NCBI GenBank assembly: GCA_977862235.1 | Contig: OZ374560.1 | Span: 806,001 to 870,000, forward strand | Direction: 5' to 3' | From: Dudresnaya verticillata | Taxonomy: Eukaryota | DNA: 64,000 nucleotides | Part shown: in pieces, positions 24,807 through 35,094 of the stretch | How positions within the stretch are numbered: position 1 is the stretch's first letter | Layout of the letters: every line of letters begins with the position of its first letter | Program-made: the position numbers and the translations under genes | The notes under the pieces: generated by a model | Told to the model about the DNA's origin: nothing | Databases searched by the model: none | The model's input: only the letters and a program-made list of their open reading frames with translations

Positions 24807-25936
24807 GTGCTTTTTTTCAACAGGGAGAACAGCCAGGGCTGCTGTAACGTGCTGCGCTACCAGCCACCTCGCGACCAAGGCTCCACGACATGGCAGACCT
24901 ACCCTTCGCCGCATCTATCGCTCGCCGTCCGGGGTGAGAAGACCAAGAGGGCGGCCAACACGCAGAAGCGGGACTCATGCGCGGCGGTACGCGCGCCGGT
25001 AGGCTGGGCTCAAATGCGCGCGCACCTTGAACTGAGCCGCGACAAGCCTGGAGCCACATGCAGCCCGCTTCCCATTCTTCGATCAGCCGTCTGCACGTCA
25101 GCCTCGCTTCCTGAAAACACACCGCGTGCCAGGCGCTCGCTGCACACTTGCGCCCTAGACATCGCTAGCGCCAAAGATGATGAAGCGGTGACGTAATATT
25201 GACGGTTCCAATGTGCCCTCACATAAGTATTGTCGACCAGCAAGCGAGCCGCTCGGAGCGGACCGCTCCCTGTCGAGTGCGCATTGAGCTCTCTGGTGCC
25301 CAGCGTCGCTATGTGCGTCCAGCGCCGTCTAGCAGAAATCTCACCCACTCGCGTATATCTCCGTAGCGCCACGTCTCGCTGACGCTTTTGTGGAAGTCTA
25401 TTGTGGTCGTGTAGGAAGTCCATATCAAAGTTTTTCTCTCCTTTCACGGAGGCAGCGTTCCATTTCCACCACGCCTGGCATAACATTTTCGGGCGCACTT
25501 TCGAAGTGAATGCCCAGCAGGATGTGACAAGGGCGGCGCCGCCCAGTTTTTCTGAACCTATTCGGAAGCGATGTGAAAGTATTTCAATTCCTGTTCAACG
25601 ATTACGGGACAGATGAACGTACAGTATGTATTGTTGGATTCGTCATATCCATCAGGCCGCAGGCCGCTTGATACCGCCTGAATCCGGCTGACACTGTCTG
25701 TCGCGGCTCTGTTCAAAGTGCGCGCGCATTTGAGCCCGGCCTACCGGCTCGCATATCGCCGTGCGTCAGTCCCGCTTCTGCGTCATGGCCGCCATCTTGG
25801 TCTTCTCACCCCGGGCGGCGAGCGATAGATGCGGCGAAGGGTAGGTCTGCCATGTCGTGGAGCCTTGGTCGCGAGGTGGCTGGTAGCGCAGCACGTTACA
25901 GCAGCCCTTGCTGTTCTCCCTGTTGAATAAAAGCAC
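24807..25936. repeat. Long inverted repeat (foldback/MULE-like), ~238-bp arms with a ~655-bp spacer
   Basis: 24807-25044 is the reverse complement of 25699-25936 at roughly 90% identity by eye. ORFs 24807+ and 25766- translate to near-identical peptides. No TSD was identified. Confidence 0.92.
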
Positions 25937-26229
25937 CCCTGAGGTGGTGTCTTCCAAGATAAACCAAAAACAACGATTGCGGAACACATGGACGTATTGC
26001 TGGATTCATTGAATCCTTCAGGCGGTGTTGGTGCAGTGTCAGCGCAGATAAACCAAAAAATCAAGCGTCCAGATTCAAGCCACTCATATCAACTCAACAC
26101 CAATTCTCGAAAGATAGCGATGACGTTTTTCCAATATTGAAGCGTGTCGCGGTAAATGTTAATAGACTCAAGCTTGTTGACCACCGCGTTAGCAACCGTG
26201 CGTATTACTTCATACAGAATAAAAAAAGT

Positions 26230-26832
26230 CAGGGTCGTATTTGTGACTACCGAAAACAGAGGTTTGGAAAGTCATAGTCATGCCCTTTTTATACCAAGTC
26301 AGTCATATTCAGTCAAATAGCAGTCATCTTTACATATCTACAACTTTCGCGGCAACTTTATGCACTAAACGCTTAAAGTTGGCTGCGTGCGGGTGCAACA
26401 ACCCCTCTTGAGGTAATCTGATCTCCTGCAGCTCGCTTTTCACGAACACGCGAATCATCTCAGACATTTCCAGCGTACTTGTTAGCAAAGACTGGCTCTG
26501 ATTTCCTTCACGTCTTCCCAGATCACTGAAGAGACGCTCGGCTGGGGCTAAAGTATCGTTGCTAAAGTCGAGGGCGATACTTTGTTCAGTGCTCACATCC
26601 CAGCAGATCGTAGATTGGCTTGACGCGGCATGCTCTCCGCCGGCGGCGGCTGGGGACGACCGGCGGCGGCCGCCAGCACATGCTCTCCACGTTGTACACC
26701 GGGGACACATGTACAGATCACCACGTGTCTTTTGTGTATCCAGCGTTTAGTCAGTCAGCGAAAAAGGGAGAGTCAGTCAGTCAAAAGTCACCTAAATTTT
26801 ATGCCAGTCAGTCAGTCACAAATACGGCCCTG
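26230..26832 (-). mobile_element. Internally deleted non-autonomous hAT DNA transposon (603 bp)
   Basis: 19-bp TIRs CAGGG(T/C)CGTATTTGTGACT with one mismatch. 8-bp flanks AAAAAAGT and CAAAAAGT give a 7/8 TSD. Subterminal AGTCA repeats are present, and the minus-strand remnant APAERLFSDLG...SLLTSTLEM resembles the hAT C-terminal dimerisation domain. Confidence 0.88.
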
Positions 26833-28148
26833 CAAAAAGTCCCGTTACGGGGTCTACTCTGAATCTTGCGATTAAAGGGATGCTTACTTGCTTGCTCAAT
26901 AGGATTTGAGTGTGTTTACTTCTGCGTCTCGGGTTCATGGAAAACACACTACGTATCTTGGTCTGGAAATATGTGTATTGAGGGCGCGAACGGGCTGACG
27001 CAGAATAGACCCGTATGGCGGATCTGGCCCGTTGCGTGGGCAATGAGAGCGAACGGGGCTGGTGACGGGTTGAAATGGACTAGAATGATCAAAATGGAGC
27101 GTATACGAGTAAGCGCGCTCTGGGTGTGGCACACAGAGATCAGACTTGAGAGAGGGACAGTACGGAAGGTGGCCAAGTGCCATCAAACTATCAGCATACA
27201 AAGGGTGAAGCACTGGGATTCTAGTAGGGCAGGCGTATAACGTAGCGGGGATTACAGAAATCTGCCCAAGCCATTTCGGCATTGCTGCGCGGAGGGAAAT
27301 GTCACAGGTAGCGTGCTAGAGTTGGCTGAATCTGAAGCCGTTTGAAGATGTGATTTTGGATGCGAAAGAGGGTTCGTTGCTTGCGGAGTCTGCGCGAGGC
27401 ATATTGGTCGTTCCCTGTTCGAAATCCTGCACGCTGTCCAATTTTAATGGCGTTCCGTGGGGGCGGGGTCACGGCTAGTGTATAACCGACGTGGACCACC
27501 TTAAAACAATCAACAAAAATGAACAATCACATAATTCAAGAACGAAAAAACAATATGGAAATGAAGGCGTGCTGGAATCAAGGGGAAGGGGACTAGATTC
27601 TTTTAATCTGTGCGCTCATGCAGTGAGTCACCAGAGGTTCTTTTGGGCTTTTGCCCGCTTGGATGTACAAATCGACGGCTTTTCACCTCTCAGTTGTTCG
27701 ATTTAGTCGCAGCTTTACATCCGACTCCGCCTGTGAGTTCAATAATCCTGCAGAATGGGGTATTGGAGACTTCCTAGCCACTCACCAAAATATTTTACTT
27801 ATCAATTTCACCATAGAATCTGAACATCACGAAACGAATGGCTCTAATTTTTGTTTCCAGTTCTCAACAACTACCCAACTGGGAAAGGAATTCTGTTTAC
27901 TGATTGTTCATAGTAGCATAGTTTGCTTTTCACTTGGAGATCATGTCAACTGAAACATTTAATGAACTATCAGCAAGAACGAAACCCTGTTATGGCAGTG
28001 AAAGGATGCTAGTACTAAAAAGAGCGGGGATATCTAAATGGAAAGAGATGATGTTTGAATGCAGGGTTGGTCGACGAAGCGGATTTGATATTTGCTTCCA
28101 AAGCTGTGCTTCATGTCCTTTGCGTATGGATACGGTGTTACACTTTTC

Positions 28149-28442
28149 TTAGTAACAGCACTGCCAGTTCAGGAATCCCTTCCTGACAACCCTACAGTCA
28201 CCGATGAAGTTGATACAATCCAGGCTAGCTAGCACGGGGTCTGGCCAGCGGAAGCAAGGACACCACGCAGCTCGGGAAGCGTTAGGAACGCTTTTTTCAT
28301 CCAGATCCGAGGTCGCATCCATGTCTGAAGAAATTTCCAGTTTGGTCCTCTCTGCCTTACTCTTCGAGATAGAGGGTGCTGCAAGAACAAATGTTGAAAA
28401 TGATAGTAAGACACTTAGCAAGAATAGGGTGCAAAACTTCAT
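28149..28442 (-). CDS. Secreted cysteine-rich prepropeptide, defensin-like (97 aa)
   Basis: Signal peptide MKFCTLFLLSVLLSFSTFVLA, an acidic pro-region, and a C-terminal CxC-x12-C-x6-C-x11-CC module containing GxC. Confidence 0.8.
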   Translation of the reverse strand: MKFCTLFLLSVLLSFSTFVLAAPSISKSKAERTKLEISSDMDATSDLDEKSVPNASRAAWCPCFRWPDPVLASLDCINFIGDCRVVRKGFLNWQCCY

Positions 28443-29477
28443 TGCGAGGGTTGCTTGTTTGGTAAAATGTTGAAGTGGTCTTTGGCTTGTAAAAGAAGGT
28501 ATCAGGACTCATTTGACTCTTTCGCACACATTGCAAGCTCTTAAGTACCCCTCTTGAAGACATATCTTGTCTTCCTATTTTCGGAACGGGCTTTCTTGAT
28601 GACATTGACTTCAGAGTTGGTAACCGGAAAACAAGGCATGGTTTGACATTCTCTTGCCAGGACAAGTCGTGGAGGCCTGGAAATGTACAAAGTGTAATTT
28701 GTATGCGAGCAGTGATGGGTAAAGAAGGCTTCAATGGCAAGAATGATTTGCCAAAGTTGTGGAATGTTGGAGTTCATGATAAAGAGGCAACAACTTAAAG
28801 CGGAATGACAATATCCAGGCTAGTTCCACTTCAATCTTTGTCTTTAGCCCATGTTTCGTTGCTCTTCAAAGTTGGGTTTCAACTTTGGTCACGCAACGTC
28901 AATGGAGAATGGGTGCAACTACTCAGAACAAACTATACAAACAGACCACTACCTCTAGAAACAATGTTTTCCATGCCTCATGAGGACGGACAAATTCAAT
29001 GCTCTCGGTCCAGACGACAACCCTCTAAATGCATGTCACAGTTCCTGATTTTCAGTCTACCTCAGATCAGATCTCCGTGGCGAGATGACTCCTCACAGAT
29101 AAGGCTACAGATATCAAATAGAAGTAGTCCCATTGGTGCGGCTGCGATGCTTGTGCCAATTCGCAAAGTGGTTGTTCATTCCTCATGGTAGCAACAATAG
29201 ACTCAACACTAGGCTCTTCAGAAAAATGTCTCATCAGCGCGGCAAAAATTCTTTCCCCAATGACACACAGGCGATAAAACAAGGTACGAATGAGGGCAAT
29301 GTCTGGATGTCGAAAACGATACTGGGGCTTTAGTATTAGCAATTCTCTGTTGGTCAGAATGGTATTAATGAGTATACACATAACGGATTGACTCGGGAAC
29401 GAACACATCCCAATTCGACCACAAGTGGCGCGGCTTCAGAAAGAAACTTCGGGACCACTCGTCCTCTACGTACTTTC

Positions 29478-29800
29478 AAAAAAAATGCGGCTCCTGACTG
29501 CACCCCGCACATCCCCTCCGCCCCGTTTGCGCTTCGTCGCCCGCCCGCACGCACTCGTGTGCGTGTGCGTGTGCCACACGCGGTAGGTGCGGTCTCCATC
29601 GCGACATGCACCGCACCGACTTTCGCAGGGCGGTGGCCACACTCGAAACACACTTCCGTTGTGTGTTTGGAGCTGCGAGAAAGCTATGTTCACTTCCAGA
29701 ATCCACTAGAGCTTTTCGCATGGAATGTCGGATACCGAGCGTAGGATGGAAAGTAGAAGTATTGCGGCAACGTGTGGGAGCGACTGACCCTCCACACGAC
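29478..29800 (-). ncRNA. Candidate structured non-coding RNA, class unknown
   Basis: Several closely spaced hairpins plus a long-range stem, ending in T8 on the minus strand. No credible ORF. No diagnostic motif of a known RNA family was recognised. Confidence 0.3.
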
Positions 29801-32800
29801 GCAGTACGTGGATTCAAGAACTGACACGCTGTCACTCTGGTGGCGATTCAAAAACAACAGTTGATACCACACCTGAAACACCACGATGACGGTACTTGTC
29901 AGTCAGTGCGTTGAGGCTGCTGTTAACGATGCCCTCCGTGCCCAAACACTGGTCAAATGCTCTAGGAATGGTGGTGGTGCGGTACCCGTTCCCACAGGCT
30001 TTGATGCGCAACTCGGTTATGCTGCAACGGCTCGTGCTGCTCAGCACACGAGCATGGTCACAGACGATTTGCGATTGGGCATCGTCATCTGCCAAGCTTT
30101 CGCTTCACCCAATGCCGGATACCGAAGGTGAGATTATGTAGCAACTAGGAGTCAAATGGTAAAGCGTGGAGGGGTCTGCTGAACATCCACGCTTGACCGC
30201 AGGTTGTCATTGCTCCCGCTACTTTAAAGTTTTCTCACTGACCAAGAGTGGTCGATTGTCAATTCCTGAATCCGCCCATTATGAGAGGCTGCCCCTCAAA
30301 TAAGTCTGCGCCCCAAGCCGAGACCAGACTGGTCAGGTCGGGCTGATAATAGCAAGGGAACTCATATCGTCACGACGCGTAGCTCTGCTGCTATTTAGCG
30401 GGGCTATAACGCCAGGATGAACGCCCGCATTGCTCTAATAAGAACCAGCCTTCCCTTCAAGTCCGTCCACCGATCCGGTTCCTTTGAAATCAGTCAGAGG
30501 CCTTCAAGAATGTGGGATATGAGAATACAAAACCCGAAAGTCACCCGCCGCGGCCCGCAAAACAGCTCGCTTATGAGGGCCACATTCCTCGATAGTAAGA
30601 ATATGACTTGGATGCTTGAAGTTGATGGTGGCATTGCGCCCTTCAGAGCACCTAGTAAAGTTGTGAGACAGAGATTGCATTAGTAGCTCTCGTGAGGGCT
30701 ATTGCATTGAAACACTGGGGAGGCCACTAACAAGAACAACACATCGCTATAAAACATGTCAACTGGAGAGAAGCTGAATGCATCTCTGTTGCGAAATGGG
30801 CTCCTGGATGACTGTGAAGGCATCCCTTCACCAGCCGATGTTACGTTAGCCGCGTTCAGCAGTCTCTGAAGCACCAGAGAAATCAGAAGATGTCCCAGGC
30901 GACGATAGAGCATTTCTTTAGCAAATAGAACTTCTTTCTCGGTGTTTTGAAAGAGTGCTCAAGTACTTCGTCGATATATTCCCGATGCGATAAAGGAATA
31001 TGAAGCCGTCCACACTGATTATTCCTATAACAAGGATTGTCTGCACCATACCGTATTGCATATTGCGGTGTCGGCTGCCCGACGAGTGCGCGACGACGCT
31101 AAGGCAAAAACCAGTTTTGGCACTAGCGAATCACTTCGCAACGGTGCAGGAAACAATTGACAGAAAACAGGCCAAGTGGTCCAATCCTCGCCAAAATGGA
31201 TGCGGGCATTTGGTGGCCTTCACATTGTACTGCAAGAGCTTCACTCTCATGGGGCACGGTCCACCCAACCACAAACTGACAGGACACGGGCCGGGGCAAC
31301 ATGAAAGGGTCCTGGTCGCCACGAGAAGCGCATCAGGACCCGCGTTGCTGACGGTCTGGCAGACCCTCCGCACTTGACCGAAAGTAGTCCCAGCCGCTAC
31401 CGCAACGGCTTTTCATTCGCCGAGAGTGGTATAGTAGTGGAGTGGTAACCCCAGAATCCGCATTGCGCCTTCCTGTCCGAAGCTCACTCGGTCGCAAGCC
31501 AGCACGACTGTTCGGGCTCAGCTAAAGGCTCCAGCGCTGAGTACCATTCCTGAGTCGTTGTTGAAAACACCAGCGGCGCAGGTGCATGCGGCAGATGGCA
31601 TGTGGCACGGACACAGACTGAGCGAGATGTGTTTTCTATCCAAAAAGCTGCGATGCGATGGCAACCTTTCCGAGCTTCCCACTGGACCCACGTAGGACAT
31701 CATCGTTGCTTCGCTTCGATGATTCTCCTCTCACACTTAACTGCAATGTTGTCGGCTGGAGGGAAATTGCGTACCGCGCCCCGCGTTACATGCGCACTGC
31801 AGCAGCACGCATAGAAGCTCACGACAGGTTTCGAAGTCAGGTGCTCCTGCTCTCGTAAAATCCAACGTCGCCCATGACTCTCAAACGGATGGCACAACTG
31901 GCAGCAGCAAGGCTCAACACACTCTCGCCCTCCTTTTACCAACAACTTCGTCGACATGAGGCTTCTGATAACGCGCCAGGTAATAGCCTGACTTCACACA
32001 TCCTCGCCAACCCTTTTGTCCAGTCATCGACGGTGAAAAAGCCTTTCCAGTATACGAAAGCAGCAGCAATTCAGCATGTAAGGAGTCTACCGAGATGGCC
32101 CTTCCAACGACCGAAATGGTTGGCGTATTGAGCTTGGAATACCAACTGATGCTAATTGCCGTTTTTGCCAGTAGTATTGCATGCAGGTACTTCCACCGCG
32201 AACAATCCGGCAACGGATCAGGGTGTTGCTAGCGAATACAACAAAGCACAGGGCCAGTGCTGAACTTTGGACCTTCGCCAACTTCCTAGCCAACTTGCGG
32301 AGAACCATGTGGTTCCCGTGCATCACGAACGAATAGCTCACCACGCGTATGGCAGGTACACCAAGAGTGACGTGTGGTCATACTAACAAGAAGACTATCA
32401 GCTTGATATAGCGGAGAATAGCATGCGACGTCTTCATCACGAGCAATTCAAATTCGGTGGGTATGTCGCTTTGCGATTGTATGCTTGCCCATGCGACCCA
32501 GCTCGTCAACAAGGCTGCCTATCGAGAGCCATGACTTGAGGAATATTGCGCTTTGTAGGGCATTCCAAAGACCACGGCAGCCGCATCGTTTTGCCATCGC
32601 GCCCAAATATTCTTAACTTATCGCAGAATACCATGGTCGTCCAGTACGCTCCAGGCCCGAAGCGGCTGGGCACAAGGATGTGCTGTGTTCGGGGGCATCA
32701 CGAAGAGCTCTTGTCGTTTCAAACCTGTTGGGTCCGTCGTGACAAACGCATGGTAAGACACCATGGGCATTGACGACCTTGGATTATTGGTTGGAAGTCC

Positions 32801-32849
32801 AGCACCGACGCCTCTGCTTCTCGAAGAACGCCAACAAGATTCACGATAG

Positions 32850-33330
32850 ACCTACTTCACGAAGCCTGACACCAAAACTACGAGAGAATGAATGCCAGCC
32901 AATCTTGCTAGCGTGAAGAACTTAGCGCCAGGCCTCACACCAACCATGGTAGCCACAAACCGGAGCCATACACGGAAAGTGGCACATCAGGAAAGTTGTA
33001 GCTTGTCAGAATCCAAAGCCAGTCCTAGATTATTAAGCAGATGTAGAAGCAACCTAGACTCAAGAGACAGGAATAACTTATGAGAGCTGGATACTGCAGA
33101 AGCGAGATTATCGTCCCCCGTCAAGCCTTGCAGAATGGCACTAGTGACGGGCCACAGCGGACCGCGACCTGAGGATGATGCTTGCAGTCATATTCTCGGC
33201 GTGGCAGCCCCGGCAATCATGGGGCATATTTCGTAGATGTTGAGAGCAACGGGCTGTTCGAGTGAACCAACTTTATGAGTTTTCCAGAAGGCAATCAAGA
33301 AGCGGGGCCGCAATACGAGAAGATGTGACA
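32850..33330 (-). pseudogene. Possible second, highly degraded tyrosine-recombinase relic
   Basis: Fragments FWKTHKVG...EICPMIA, ATFRVWLRFVATMVGV and IGWHSFSRSFG occur in the expected order, with stops and a frameshift. Confidence 0.3.
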
Positions 33331-33863
33331 TGCGCAGAAAAGATCTCTTCAGCTTTGCCAAGAGCCCATCGTCCTTAACGGAGAAACAGAACAGAATCGA
33401 TTCCAGAGCATGGCCCAATCCGTGATTCAAGGGGCTAACGAAGTGTGGAGATGGGCCTGAGCCAAGACCAGGCTCCCGTCGTACAACGGGTATGGAGCCA
33501 GCAGCTGCTGCGACAGCCAGCCAGCCGAATAGTTGTTCTTTCCGGAGAAGCAAAGGCAATACTGGGACTGAGGCATACAGCACGACACGGATGATGACCC
33601 AACACTCCTGATGAACGTCTGTGAGGTGCTCACCTGGAATACTGAAGCGTTGAACATGATTGCGCAAGTATCCAGATCTTGCGCAGGAAATCATCTCACC
33701 CGTCGATGTGGAAGCTGCCCTGAGGCGCACACTTTGAACTCGGCAATTCGGGTAGAACTCGCCGCTCATCAAGTTCTCACTCGTAGACGTGACTTTCACC
33801 CAGAACGGCTCGATGGATGCACCACGCAGCCCTCACGCAGAAGTCCTCCAGCAAAAAAAAGCC

Positions 33864-34352
33864 CTAGGCGATCTCCTTTGCCTGCTTGACAAGCGCGCGG
33901 AATAGCTTCTGGTCTCTCTGCGAGTCCTTCAAGCTAGCAATATAAAGCCTGGCGTCCTCATCCGCAACGGCTGCGCTATCGAGGGGACCATACGAGTCAT
34001 CAGAAGCACCAACAGCACCAATCTCCTGCTCGGCACGATTGTACGCCTCCTCCTCCGCCAAGCCTTGCTCCATGAGGCGCATCTGGATCTGTACAAAACG
34101 GTCCGAGATGTGCCGCTCGGCCAGCGACGGCGCCTTGAGATCGACGGGGACGTGGCGCGCGGACGGGTTGCGACGCAGATACTCGGTGCGTAGCCGGTCC
34201 TCCGGATACTCGATCGCGGTCGGGCGCGTCGCCTTAACTGGCACGAACGGCGGGCGCGTCGCTTGCACACTTGAGAACCAGGTGGGACGCGGGACCACGC
34301 CAGCCGAGACCAAGCGCTGCAACGGCTGCTTGAACGGCTTGCCACGCCCCAT
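33864..34352 (-). CDS. MRPS23: Mitochondrial small-subunit ribosomal protein mS23 (Rsm25/MRPS23-like), 162 aa
   Basis: The RPTWF...RPP...IEYPEDRLR...RRNP and FVQIQMRLMEQGLAEEEAY patterns match this family. ATG is at 34352. Confidence 0.8.
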   Translation of the reverse strand: MGRGKPFKQPLQRLVSAGVVPRPTWFSSVQATRPPFVPVKATRPTAIEYPEDRLRTEYLRRNPSARHVPVDLKAPSLAERHISDRFVQIQMRLMEQGLAEEEAYNRAEQEIGAVGASDDSYGPLDSAAVADEDARLYIASLKDSQRDQKLFRALVKQAKEIA

Positions 34353-34827
34353 TGCAAAGGGATTTTCAGCCGCGGGGGAGCAGGCGGGTGTGACGCGTGG
34401 GTGGTTGTCGGGAGGCGCCGGTACGTCGGTGCGATGATGCCAGGTCGTGTTCGGGAGGAGTGCTTGATCGTAGGGAGTGCGTGGGCGGGAGGATCGAAAG
34501 AAACGCAGGAGCACGATCTGGGGCGGCCAGAAATTGGGAAAAAAGTGGAAAAAACCGTGCCCTTGTTCACAGTTTTACTTCAATGGCAGCACGACAGGAT
34601 ACGCTTCGGATGGCGAAGCAACGTCAACCCGCCGTCGTCCAGATCGACCGTGGTCTCCAACAGCACGCGTGCTGCTGCGGTTCTGGAGGCAAGCATCAGC
34701 GTCCGCAGCTCGGCTCACCGCAACGAAAGAAAGCCAGGCTAGAACATAGGCGGCGCCACGCAACGCGCGCGGAGCAAAGCGGCATCATCGGCGCGGCTTT
34801 TGACGATCAGTTGCAGCGGGGATAAAC

Positions 34828-35094
34828 TCACGTTGCCGGAGGTTTCTCAATGACGATGGGGTCTGCCTTGTACATCTGACTGATGGTACTTTGGCGCTTG
34901 ACGACGGCGAGGTTGTTAAGTCCGTCGTGGTACAGCTCGTTAACGCGCTGCGGGTCCTTCTCGGCCATGTGCTGCCGGAACGCGTCCCGCGTCCGGCGCA
35001 CCGCGTACTCGCGGAAGTTGTAGTCTGAAAAGCGCGCGCCGTGCCGTAGCAGCGCGCGGTACAGCTTGAGCACGTCGCTTGCGTGGACGCTCAT
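34828..35094 (-). CDS. ISD11: LYR-motif Fe-S cluster biogenesis protein ISD11/LYRM4, 88 aa
   Basis: VLKLYRALLR...FSDYNFREYAVRRTRDAFR...LAVVKRQSTISQMY is the ISD11 signature. ATG is at 35094. Confidence 0.93.
   Translation of the reverse strand: MSVHASDVLKLYRALLRHGARFSDYNFREYAVRRTRDAFRQHMAEKDPQRVNELYHDGLNNLAVVKRQSTISQMYKADPIVIEKPPAT

Noticed and set aside
29832..32700. Possible degraded retroelement coding fragments
   Set aside because: Only isolated weak motifs (e.g. RAFD) were seen, which is insufficient to assign.
34680..34790. Possible C/D-box snoRNA (ATGATG...CTGA on the minus strand)
   Set aside because: The C box is imperfect, there is no terminal stem, and I could not recognise an rRNA guide.
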